Shown in pieces: positions 52,681 through 64,000 of a stretch of DNA of 64,000 bases. Both the position numbers and the translations under genes were made by a program. The notes under the pieces are model-generated. The model made no database searches, had not been told where the DNA came from, and worked only from the letters and a program-made list of their open reading frames with translations. The stretch spans positions 2,656,001 through 2,720,000 of the forward strand of contig CM000150.2 in assembly GCA_000004695.1 (NCBI GenBank). Direction: 5' to 3'. The DNA is from Dictyostelium discoideum. Taxonomy: Eukaryota. How positions within the stretch are numbered: the first letter of the stretch is position 1; each line of letters starts with the position of its first letter.

Positions 52681-53448
52681 TTAATGATGATCTCCATAGT
52701 AATCAGCTTCATCACTACTATTATCGAAATAATCTTCTTCATCGTTATCATCATCTTCGTCATCATCGTAACCATTAAAATTAGTTGTTATGTGATGGAT
52801 TAAACTACATTTACAATTTATACAAAGTTGTTCTTTACTTTTGCTATCAATTTCATAACCATCGCACCATTTACAATTTTCACAAACATAATCATGTTTA
52901 TTATTATTATTATTATTAGTGATTGAGTTTTCAATAAAATCATCACCATCATCATTGTTATCATTATCATTATTAATATTATTATTATTATTAATTTTTG
53001 ATAATTCTTGAAAATCTTGATTAATTTTTTGTAGAATTGATTTATCAGATTGAGCATCTTCATCAATTTCTCTATATTGATACTTTTTTAAATTTTCACT
53101 TTTAATTTCATTTCCAATATTTTCATTTTCATTATCAGAATCATTATCAGAATCATTTTCACTACCATTGGTTTTAATCTCTAATTTTGAAAATGAATTC
53201 AATGTGTTTCCGTTTAAAATTTCATGAGATTGTGTTTGTGATGATGGTTGACTTGTTCTAAAAAGTGAGAGATCATTTATCTTGAATTTAAACATTAATT
53301 CCTCTCTTTCTCTATTTGTAATTTGAACACCATTCTTTAAAAGGCCTAATAGATATTCTTTCCTTTCATTCTCCTTATTATCTTCTACTTTTATTGTTGT
53401 TGATGTTATTGTTGGTGTTGTTGTTGACATAGGATTAATATCAACCAT
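52681..53448 (-). CDS. Hypothetical acidic protein (255 aa) with a C-terminal Cys-rich module (CENCKWCDGYEIDSKSKEQLCINCKCSLIHH) and an Asp/Glu tail.
   Basis: It is a single uninterrupted ORF starting at an ATG. The product is Thr-rich at the N-terminus and poly-acidic at the C-terminus. I recognise no family for it. Confidence 0.5.
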   Translation of the reverse strand: MVDINPMSTTTPTITSTTIKVEDNKENERKEYLLGLLKNGVQITNREREELMFKFKINDLSLFRTSQPSSQTQSHEILNGNTLNSFSKLEIKTNGSENDSDNDSDNENENIGNEIKSENLKKYQYREIDEDAQSDKSILQKINQDFQELSKINNNNNINNDNDNNDDGDDFIENSITNNNNNNKHDYVCENCKWCDGYEIDSKSKEQLCINCKCSLIHHITTNFNGYDDDEDDDNDEEDYFDNSSDEADYYGDHH

Positions 53449-53752
53449 ATGGAAAAAATGTGATATTTAAAAAGGTAAGAAAAAAAAAAAAAATTTAATT
53501 TTTATGAAAAAAAAAAAAAAAATAAAAAAAATTAAGAAAAAAAAAGATATTTGTGATTTTTATGAGAAATAAATGAATGTTGATTTTGGAAAATTTTTAA
53601 TAATAAAGAGAATATAGTTTTTTTTTTTTTAAAAAAAAAAAAACTAAATAATTGATTAAATTGTTATTATCATTATTTTTTTTTTTTTTTTTTTTTTTTT
53701 TTATATTTAGGTTTATTAATTTTTAAAGTTCTATTATTAGATTTTTATTGCA

Positions 53753-53785
<33 letters not shown>

Positions 53786-54209
53786 ATATTCTTTATTATT
53801 AAAATTTTTCAATAAAATTTAATTTTCTCCTAAAAAAATGAAAAAAAAAAAAAAAAAAATCTAAATAAAATTTATGTAGGTATGTAACGTTATATATATG
53901 TGGTAAACTTTTGATTTTATCATCGTTGCGACATAAATATTTTCACCTTTTTGAATAAATTTTTATTTATTTTAATTTTTTTTTTTATTTTTAAAAAATT
54001 TTTATTTATTTTAATTTTTTTTTATTTTTTTTTTTATTTTTTATTTTTTTTTTTTTTTAAAAATTAAATTAAATTTTTCAACACTGTTGTATATATATTT
54101 AATACAAAAAAAAAAAAAAAAAAAAAAAGAAAACAAAACAAAAAAAAAAACAAAACAAAACAAATAAAAAAAAAAAAGTACCTTATACAGAAAAAAAAAA
54201 AAAAAAAAA

Positions 54210-55100
54210 ATGTCAGAAGAATTAATTATTCCAATTTCGGAAATGGAGGGCATTACACCAGAATATCAAAGATTAATGGATAAATCAAACAATGTTGATT
54301 ATAAATGGATTGCAGACAATAATATTTTTGTTCAAGTTGGTTGTGATATGGAGGGTGTACCAGTTTTCTTATTAAATGCTTCAAATTTACCTCCAACCTC
54401 GCAAATTGAACCTGTATTAATCGGTATTTTGTAAGTTATTTATTTTTCAAATAAAAACAAAATTAAAATAAAATAAAAAAAATAAAAATAAATAAAAATG
54501 TTAATTATTAATAATAATAATAATATTTTATTAGAAAAACATTAGAACAAATTGTTAAAGGTAATAGATATACATTATTATATTCACATGCATTACTAAA
54601 ACAAGAAAGTACACCAGACAAATCATGGTTAAATTCATTTTATCAAATGTTACCAAGAAAGTAAATATTTATTAAATTTTATTAAATTATTTTATAAAAT
54701 AAATCATAAATTAATTTTTATTTTTTTATTTTTATTTTTATTTTTTTTTTTAATTAGTTATAAAAAGAATTTAAAAAATTTGTATATTTTACATCCAAGT
54801 GGTTGGTTAAAGATTTTATTATTAGCAATGTCACCATTTTTAAGTGAAAAGTTTTGGAGTAAAGTTGAATATTTAGATTACATTCAAGAGATACCAGGTG
54901 TTTTAGATAGATCAAATATTATATCAAAATTACCACAATCAATTAAAGATTATGATAAAGGTTTATTAGAAACACCAGAAGTTACTGAACAAGTTGTTTC
55001 TGGTATGGATACTTTAGGAAAAGAATATTTATCAAGTTTTGCTTCATCTTTTAATTTCTTTTCTTCAACCAATCCATCATCTTGGACAAGTCCAAAATAA
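54210..55100 (+). CDS. Divergent CRAL-TRIO / BCH (Sec14-like, CRAL_TRIO_2-type) domain protein. It has 3 exons (54210..54430, 54535..54660, 54758..55100) and is about 230 aa.
   Basis: The gttaagt-type donors (ATTTT|GTAAGT and AGAAA|GTAAAT) and the ttag| acceptors give phases 2/2 that stay consistent with the track ORF 54780..55100. The spliced product ...NRYTLLYSHALLKQESTPDKSWLNSFYQMLPRNYKKNLKNLYILHPSGWLKILLLAMSPFLSEKFWSKVEYLDYIQEIPGVLD resembles the BNIP2/GDAP2-type CRAL-TRIO_2 core (LY.HP.W.K......F.S.KF..K..Y...L..L). Confidence 0.6.
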
Positions 55101-55221
55101 TTTTAAAATAATGTTTTAAAAATTTTAAAATAATCATTTTCTTTTTTTTTTTTCCCCCATCTTTTTTCTCTCCAGTTTTCTATGTTTTTTTTTTTGTTTT
55201 TTCTGTTTTTATAAATATAAA

Positions 55222-55307
<86 letters not shown>

Positions 55308-55494
55308 TGTAATAATAAATAATAATAATAATTGTTATAATAAAATAAATAAAAAATACCATTGTTTTTAAAAATATATATATATTAAAAATTTTGTGTA
55401 TACATATTTTTGAAAGTTAAAATTTTAAATAAAGTTTTTTATTTTTTATATATATTTATTTGAAGTTATTAATCTAGATTTGTAATTTAAAAAA

Positions 55495-57021
<1,527 letters not shown>

Positions 57022-57344
57022 TTTATTAATTGTATATATTAATAAAAAAAAAAAAATAAAAAAAATAAAAAAAAGAAAAAAGGAATTAAAAAATTATAAT
57101 TAATTTATATAGCAAAAAATAAAATAAAATAAAAAAAAATAAAAAAAAATAAAATAAAATAAAATAATAAAAAAATAAATTAAAATTTATTTAGTTTATT
57201 CTTTTATTTTTTTTTTTTTTTTTTAATAAAATACAAAGGGTTTTCCAAATTAGTTCAAATTTTGGAATTTTTTTTTTTATTTTATTTTTTTTTTTTAATT
57301 TTTGGACCAGACTCGAAAGGGTAACTGAAAAATGATCGCAAAAA

Positions 57345-57376
<32 letters not shown>

Positions 57377-57557
57377 ATAAAAAAAAAACTTAAATTGGTA
57401 AACTTGAAATGGAATTGTTTTTCTTGAGTGGGTATGAATATGAATAAATAGATTACTCGGATTTGAAATATTCTATTAATATGGAACAATTGTACTGGAT
57501 TTTAATTTTTTTTTTTTTTTTTTTTCCCAAAAGAATTCTGTTTAATAATAATCATAT

Positions 57558-58296
57558 TTATGATTCCATACCACCACCACTGCCACCACTACTATTATCA
57601 TCATTATTACAATCATTGGATATTAATTTTTTTTTTGTAATTGTTGTGGTAGTTGTGGTAGTTGTTGTTGTTGAAATTACATTTTGATTTTTTAAAATTG
57701 TAGCTTCATAATTAATTAATTGATTGATGAAACCAGTATTTGGTTGAATACAAGGTCTAATATTACGAAGATATTGCATACAATACCAAAATGGTTTAAA
57801 GAATACACTCATTAAATAACTGATTACAACAGATGCACTTCTACTAACACCTGCACTACAATGTACTAATATCCCACCTAATTTCCTACCATTTTCAATG
57901 AAACCATGACATTGTTGGAAGTAACTAGAAATATCTTTTTGACTTTCATCTTCAATATTAATACAAAGTGTTGTAAATTCCTATAAAAAATAAAAAAAAA
58001 ATAAAAAAAAAAAATAATAATAATAATTAACATATTTGTATTAAAAAATAATAAAAAAAAAAAAAAATAGTAATAATTACTTTAATTTTTGGAGGATTAG
58101 TTGAAATTGATAAAATATGAGTAATTTTATGTTCTTTTAAGCTAGTTGTGCAAGTTGCAGCACTAATTGACCCGATGTATAGATTTGGTATGACTTCCTG
58201 GGCATCGAAACATATTTCTTCCTCGAGGTCTTCTACCATATCCCAGTAGCCACCTCCACCACAATAACTTTCTTCATCATCTTTGTTTTTTGCCAT
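57558..58296 (-). CDS. Dual-specificity protein phosphatase. It has 2 exons (58296..58081, 57980..57558) and is about 212 aa.
   Basis: Exon 1 (...VIPNLYIGSISAATCTTSLKEHKITHILSISTNPPKIK) has an AAA|GTAATT donor. The tttatag| acceptor (100-nt intron) leads into exon 2, which carries the catalytic signature VHCSAGVSRSASVVISYLM (CX5R) and the general-acid region. The phases were verified against the track ORF coordinates. Confidence 0.75.
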
Positions 58297-59189
58297 TTTT
58301 GTACAATTTTATTTAAATTTTTATTTTTTTTATTTTTAATAATTAATAATTATTTATTTATTTATTTTATCTTTTTTTTATTTTCTTTGCTGAATGTTAC
58401 TTATAAACACCACTTTTCATTCAACACTTTATTTTATTTTTTTTATTATTGTTATTGTTTTATTTAATTTTTTTTATTTTAAATTTTTATTTTTATTTTT
58501 ATTATTTTTATTATTATTTATTTTTTATTTTAATTTTTTATTTTTATTATTATTATTAATTTCTTATTTTCTAAATATTATTAATAGATTAATAATAATT
58601 TTATTTGAAAATGGGTTTTTTTTTTTTTAATTGGTTAAAAATGGGTGGAAGATAAAGAAAAAAAAAACACAGTGTGGTATTTTTGTTATTTTCTTTTTTT
58701 TTTTTTTTATTATTGTCAATAAATGAAAAAAAACACCCCAAATAATGGTTTTTTATATGATCAATATGTTTTGGAAAAATAAAAAAAAATAAAAAATATG
58801 CAAAAAATAGTGGTGATTAGTTTTAGTAGTTTAGTGAACAAAAAAAAAAAAAAAAATAAAAAATAAAAAAAATAAAAAAAAACAAAAAATAAAAAAAAAA
58901 AATTAAAAAAAAAAAAAAAAAAATGTTTGACTTTGTGATGAAGATTTTTTAAGCCCATCAATTTTATTATTTACAATAAAAAAAAAAAAAGTTTTGTTTG
59001 ACTTTTCTCGGCAGACAATTGAAACTAAAAAGATATTTATAAAAAAAAAAAAAAAAGAAGATATTTATAAAAAAAAAAATAAAAGATATTTATAATAAAA
59101 GAAAAAATAGAAAAAAAAAAAAAAAGCGCCAAAGATATTTTATTATTGTCATTATTTTTCTATTATTATTATTTTATAAATTAAAAAGA

Positions 59190-59232
59190 TTAAGGGAAAT
59201 CACCAAAATCTGGTTCGTCGTCAATTTGTTGC

Positions 59233-59263
<31 letters not shown>

Positions 59264-60197
59264 GAGGCTGTTGTTGTTGTTGTTGTTGTTGGAATTGAGG
59301 GATGGCAGGGTTTTTCATTGGAAAACTTGGAGCAGTTTTTGGTGGTGAAGAGGTTGGTTTTGGTGGCACAGTGCCTAGTGATGGACTTGGTTTATTTTGT
59401 TGAAATTGAGGTTGTGGTGGAGGTTGTTGTTGTTGTTGTTGTTGTTGTTGCTGTTGTTGTTGAACCATTGGCTTTGCTGGTGCCTTTTGTTGTGGTTGTT
59501 GTGGTGGTGGTTGCTGTGGTTGTTGAGCTTGTTGTTGTGGTGCATTTTTAGCAGCAGCAGCAGCTTGAATCATAGCTTGTTTTTGCTTTTTCTTTTCATT
59601 TGTAACTAATACACCCATATTTTTATTGACATCTTTGTCATATAATGAATTACCAATACGATCACCAAACAATCTCAATGTTCTCTTTCTTGCATCTGAT
59701 ACTGCTTCCTGTAAAAATAATAATTAATAACAATAGTAATAATAAATTAGGGGGGTGTGTTAGATAAATGAATAATAGGATTGATTAATTGAATGAATTT
59801 ATTTATTTACCTTTTTAGCATTTTCAATAGCACTACCTTTACTGGGATGTTCAGTTGAACCATAACCAACATCCTCTTGAAAAGTACCATCTTTTAAAGT
59901 GACTCTAACGATTGCAGTTACACCAACTCTATAACGTACAATACCATTTACATTAACCTCTTCAATGAAATCTGGTGATAACTCTTTAATTGATGAACTC
60001 CAACCATTGAATTGAAATATTTTATTTGCTAAATTAATTGCTTTCCATGATTCTAAATATGATAATGTTGTACCACCAGGTCCTTGTCTAGTAGATACAT
60101 CTTCCAATGGTATATTTTCACTTAATATTTGTGAAATCGATGATATCTCTTCCTCTGTGAATGCTACTTGACCAAAAACTGTATTCATTTGTTCCAT
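59190..60197 (-). CDS. rad52: Rad52 homologue. It has 2 exons (60197..59811, 59708..59190) and is about 301 aa.
   Basis: The N-terminal domain ...LSYLESWKAINLANKIFQFNGWSSSIKEL...TAIVRVTLKDGTFQEDVGYGSTE...SAIENAKK|EAVSDARKRTLRLFGDRIGNSLYDKD matches the conserved Rad52 core (EGW..INLAN.IFG.NGWS; CTAIVRVTL.DGT..EDIGYG; KEAVTDALKRALR.FGN.LGNCLYDK). The AAG|GTAAAT donor and tttttacag| acceptor (102-nt intron) are in phase. The C-terminus is Gln/Pro-rich. Confidence 0.8.
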
Positions 60198-60336
60198 ATC
60201 TTTATATTATTTATTTATTTATTTATTATTTACAATTACTATTTACAATTTATTTATTTATTTATTATTTGTTTATTTATATATTTGTTTTTCTTTTTTT
60301 TTTTAAAATTATGTTTTTGTGGCGCCATTAAATTTT

Positions 60337-60376
<40 letters not shown>

Positions 60377-60651
60377 CACTTTTTATTTTTTTAATAATTC
60401 TCATTTTTCTGTGAATTATTGAAATTCTATTTGTTATTTTTTTTTAATTATTTTTTTTTTTATATCATTTCGTAAAATTACAATAAATTTATATTTGAAT
60501 ATAATCCAAAATACAAACTAAAAACAAAAAAAAAAATTATTATATAATTCCAATTTAATTGGGATTAAATAATCACCAATAAAAACTGACAAATTTTGAT
60601 TATTATCAAAATATAAAATAAAATCAAAAGATAATTTATTTTTATAATTTA

Positions 60652-60685
<34 letters not shown>

Positions 60686-62038
60686 ATACCAAAATAAAAT
60701 AAAATAAAATAAAATAATTAGAAAACTATTTACATTTGTTAATTTAAAATTTATTTACACTTGTTTTTTTTTTCACAAACAATTTTGTATTTTTTTTTTT
60801 TATTTTTTTTTTTTCCTATGGAACATTATCTTTGTTTAATTCACCTAATAATTTAATTCTTTTCTGATTGAGTAAATGCACAATGTATTCTAATGAATCT
60901 GGGTATGTTACTAACAAATCCTTCTGCAGATGTTTTTTTTTTTTTTTGCTTGTTGTGAGCGTTCAGTCACCGAATCTAAATATTCGTTGTCTTGTGGATT
61001 GATATTTGGTTTTTGAGCACCTTGGATTAAATTTGTAGGGCCAGTATGGCAAACACAATTCAGCTCAATGGCAGCACTAGATGACATAACCTTCTTTTTT
61101 AAATTGTGATCGCTAGATATCACTTTGGAAAGTACGTTATTTTCGAAGGTAGTATCTAGTGGTCACAATTTAAAAAAGAAGGGTATGTCATCTAGTGCTT
61201 ATTTTTTACATGAATTTTTAATTCTGGTGACTCAGCTGCTTGGTATTTAACTACTGCATATTTTAAACAATCTATTATTTTAAATAAAGAGTTGGTTTTT
61301 TTTTTTTTATTTTAAAAAATAAAAACTTACTGATTTTGTGATTATAGGCGTTTAAACGATTTTCAGCTTCAATTCTCTTTTCATTTTCTTCTTTTTTTTT
61401 ATTGATTTCTAATTCTTTTCTTCTACCTCCAACTTTTTTTTCCAACTCTTTTTGTTTTTGTATTTCTTTATTCATTTTATTGAGCTTACCTAGACGTTTG
61501 ATTATTTCATACGCTTAGTCTTCATGTAATAATTTTTTTTTGCATAAATTGAATGAATTACACTTTCTTTCCAATTGTCAATCGATTTTGAGAAAATCTC
61601 TTTCCTCTACCGGTTTTCTTAGAATTTAGTTTTTGAAGGTCTTTTTCAATATTCTCTTTACATGTTTTAGTTTCAAAATGACAATTTTCACAATAATCTT
61701 CACTTTCCGAAAATGATTCAGCTTCAAATCAATTTCTAAATTATCTTTTTCCTTTTTTTTAATTAAATGAATTTGATTATAAAAAATAACTAATTTTTTT
61801 TTTTAAAAAAATTTTTTTTTTTCATATCTGAACACTCATGCTGCATCATCATCTTATGAACTGATTCAATTAACTATTTTTTTTATAAAAAAAAAAAAAA
61901 AAAAATTGAAAATAAAAAAAAAAATGAATTTTTTTTTTATTTTAATTTTTAATTTTTAATTTTTTTTTTTTTTATATTATCTGTAATCAAATTAACAGTA
62001 AAAAAAAAAAATAATAATAATAATAATAATAATATAAT

Positions 62039-62873
62039 ATGAGCACTACAACTACAACAACTACAACCGAGAAACCAATTCAAGTTACTTTATATGATAG
62101 TAACACAATAAAACAAACTTTAGATGATTCAATAGTAAAAGTAAGACACACACAATTAATAATTAAACTTTAATAATAATCACATCACTCTTTTTTTTAA
62201 CCAAAATAAAAAAAATAAAAAATAAAAAAAAGACATAAATTTTTACTAACTTTTTTTAATTTTTCTATATTATATATAGTATGTAACATCAGCATTATCA
62301 TATACACAAAATCAAAAATTAAACTATACCAAAGTTTTATTTGGTTTAATTGGGTGTACTTTAGCAGCAATAGCACAATTTTATCCAATACCTTTCCCAA
62401 AGAATAAACCAGTTTTAATTTTATGTGTAGCATTGTATGTATAATATTATTTAATTTTAGCCAAACAACCAAATATATAAAAAAAAAATGAAAAAAAAAA
62501 AAAAAAAATCCTTATATATTTATTTATTTAAGATTATTAACAATATATTAAAATATAAATATAAATAAAAACACACAGATATGTAGTTATTAGTTTAATT
62601 TTATATTATATCAATATTTTCATTCAAAAGGATTATATATTACAAGCAAGTAAAAGTAATGATGAAATTAAAGTTGCAACTGTCTTACAAAAGTACGATC
62701 CAAACTATCAAGTAAAGATTGAAAATGCAAAAAATTCATCAATTAATGTACCATTCAGCAAATCAATTGACCTTTATTTCGATACTAAAGGTACATTTTT
62801 AGAATCAAATTTTCATAATGATTTATCTGTTCAATTTAAAAAATTTGCAAAGTTAAATGTAAAGGATAAATAA
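62039..62873 (+). CDS. spcs2: Signal peptidase complex subunit 2 (SPC25)-like protein. It has 3 exons (62039..62140, 62280..62434, 62594..62873) and is about 178 aa.
   Basis: Exon 2 encodes TM1 followed by the invariant YPIPFPKNKPVLILCVA. The GCATT|GTATGT donor and tttaattttag... acceptor at 62593 restore TM2 (FLILYYINIFIQK) and the C-terminal domain (DYILQASKSNDEIKVATVLQKYDPNYQVKIENAKNSS...FSKSIDLYFDTKGTFLE), which is collinear with metazoan SPCS2. I selected the splice sites by phase and homology, so they are less certain than for the other genes. Confidence 0.6.
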
Positions 62874-63927
62874 ATTTGATAAAAAAATAATAATAATAAT
62901 AATAAAATAACAAATAATAAATGATAAAATAAATAAAAAAAAAAAATAGGTTTTTTTTTTAAAAAATTTATTAATTTTTTATTTTATTTTTTATTTTATT
63001 TTATTTGGGGATAATGATGATTTCATTTACAAGTATAAATTTTTTATTTTAATAATAATAATTATAATAATATTTGAAAAAATAATATCCAAAATAAACA
63101 ATTAAAATAATAAAAAAAAGTAAATGAAAATTGGATAGGACACACAAAAAATTATTATTATTTTTATTTATTATTCTTTTATTACTATAAAATTAAGTTA
63201 TAAGAATGAAAGTGGGGTTATTTGTTTTTATTTTTTTAAAAAATAAAATATTATTTTAAATCAAAGTGAATAAAAAAAATGAAAACATAATAATTATAAT
63301 AATAATAATAAATACTTAAAAAAATAAACTAAATAATAAAAAAAAAAAATATCTTTTAATGAACGCAAGGGGTATAGGGTTGTGCTATAAAAAAACTAAA
63401 AATAAATTAAAATTTTAGTAAAAAAAAAAATTAAATAAAAATAAAAATAAAATAATTTTTAAAATAAAAAAAAAAAAAAAATGAAAAAAAATGAAAAAGA
63501 AAAGGAAAAAACAGGAATCTGTAGATTCAGTTAACGAGATATTTGCATAATTTAGGGTATTTTCTCACCTTATCTTAAAAAATGCAAAAATAACAAAAAA
63601 AAAAAAAACAAAAAAACAAAAAAAACAAAAAAAAAACTATTATAATAATAATTTTTTTTTATTATAATTACGGAAAAAAATATTTTAATTTAATTTAAAT
63701 TTATTTATTTAAAATTTTATTTTATTTTAATTTTATTTTATTTTTTTTTTTTTAATCATTAAAAAAAAAAACGAATAAAATAAGAAAAAAAAAATGAATA
63801 TTTTATTTCATTTTAAAATTAAAAATAACCCATTAAAGTATCACTACATGTAAATAACAAATTTTATTTGTATTTCAAAAAAATAATAATTAAAAAAAAA
63901 AAAAAATAAAAAAAAAAAAACTAAAAA

Positions 63928-64000
63928 ATGGTTGCCACAGATTTAAAAAATAATAAAAACATTGCAATTTTAGGCAGTGGAAATTTAGGAGTTTCAATTG
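63928..64000 (+). CDS. 5' end of a gene encoding an NAD(P)-binding Rossmann-fold protein (MVATDLKNNKNIAILGSGNLGVSI...), truncated by the window edge.
   Basis: An ATG is followed by a GxGxxG-type dinucleotide-binding loop (IAILGSGNLG). It may be a pyrroline-5-carboxylate reductase or another oxidoreductase, but only 24 codons are visible. Confidence 0.35.
   Translation, partial: MVATDLKNNKNIAILGSGNLGVSI

Noticed and set aside
60911-61475. Track ORFs of 70 aa and 66 aa on the minus strand.
   Set aside because: I could not assemble them into a phase-consistent gene model; no splice junction joins the frames. They are reported under findings as a possible pseudogene or relic, not as CDS features.

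Overview
This window is Dictyostelium discoideum nuclear DNA, and the prokaryotic feature types asked about (CRISPR arrays, operons, defence islands) do not apply to it. The evidence for that is extreme AT-richness, (AAT)n/(CAA)n-encoded poly-Asn/Gln tracts inside most ORFs, short AT-rich GT..AG introns, and a TRE5-A-type tRNA-targeted retrotransposon.

I support 18 protein-coding genes, 3 tRNA genes and a nested cluster of three TRE5-A copies, which together account for most of the sequence.

- **Protein-coding genes:**
  - a 5'-partial FNIP-repeat protein
  - the 3184-aa Roco kinase Pats1, as a 3-exon model carrying a catalytically dead myotubularin-like domain
  - a BMP-domain family-3 GPCR (Grl-like)
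  - an RGS protein whose RGS domain is split by about 270 aa of homopolymer
  - the tandem-propeller coronin 7 (corB)
  - a small glycine-rich membrane ORF
  - D-2-hydroxyglutarate dehydrogenase
  - a B-box/coiled-coil protein
  - a PrxQ/BCP peroxiredoxin with an apparent 3' frameshift
  - a mitochondrial carrier
  - a hybrid histidine kinase whose multi-TM N-terminus is on a separate upstream exon
  - an acidic Cys-rich protein, with a decayed paralogous fragment 1.2 kb away
  - a divergent CRAL-TRIO/BCH protein
  - a poly-N Cys-rich hypothetical
  - a dual-specificity phosphatase
  - Rad52
  - signal peptidase complex subunit 2
  - the first codons of a Rossmann-fold gene at the 3' edge
- **Mobile DNA:** the cluster at 28.8-41.0 kb holds a full-length TRE5-A.1, an ORF2-deleted TRE5-A.2-like copy and a 5'-truncated fragment. 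The two intact copies each sit about 50 bp upstream of a tRNA gene (Glu-UUC and Lys-CUU).
- **Things worth a second look:**
  - a roughly 190-bp GC-rich block embedded in the retroelement nest
  - a tandem 98-bp repeat downstream of tRNA-Glu
  - a compositionally atypical block at 60.9-61.7 kb with fragmented ORFs and a 45-bp-arm imperfect hairpin

I determined every coordinate by hand; most splice sites were phase-checked against the ORF-track coordinates and rest on those phase checks (a few were not independently checked). Allow plus or minus 1-3 nt on anything not tied to the ORF track.
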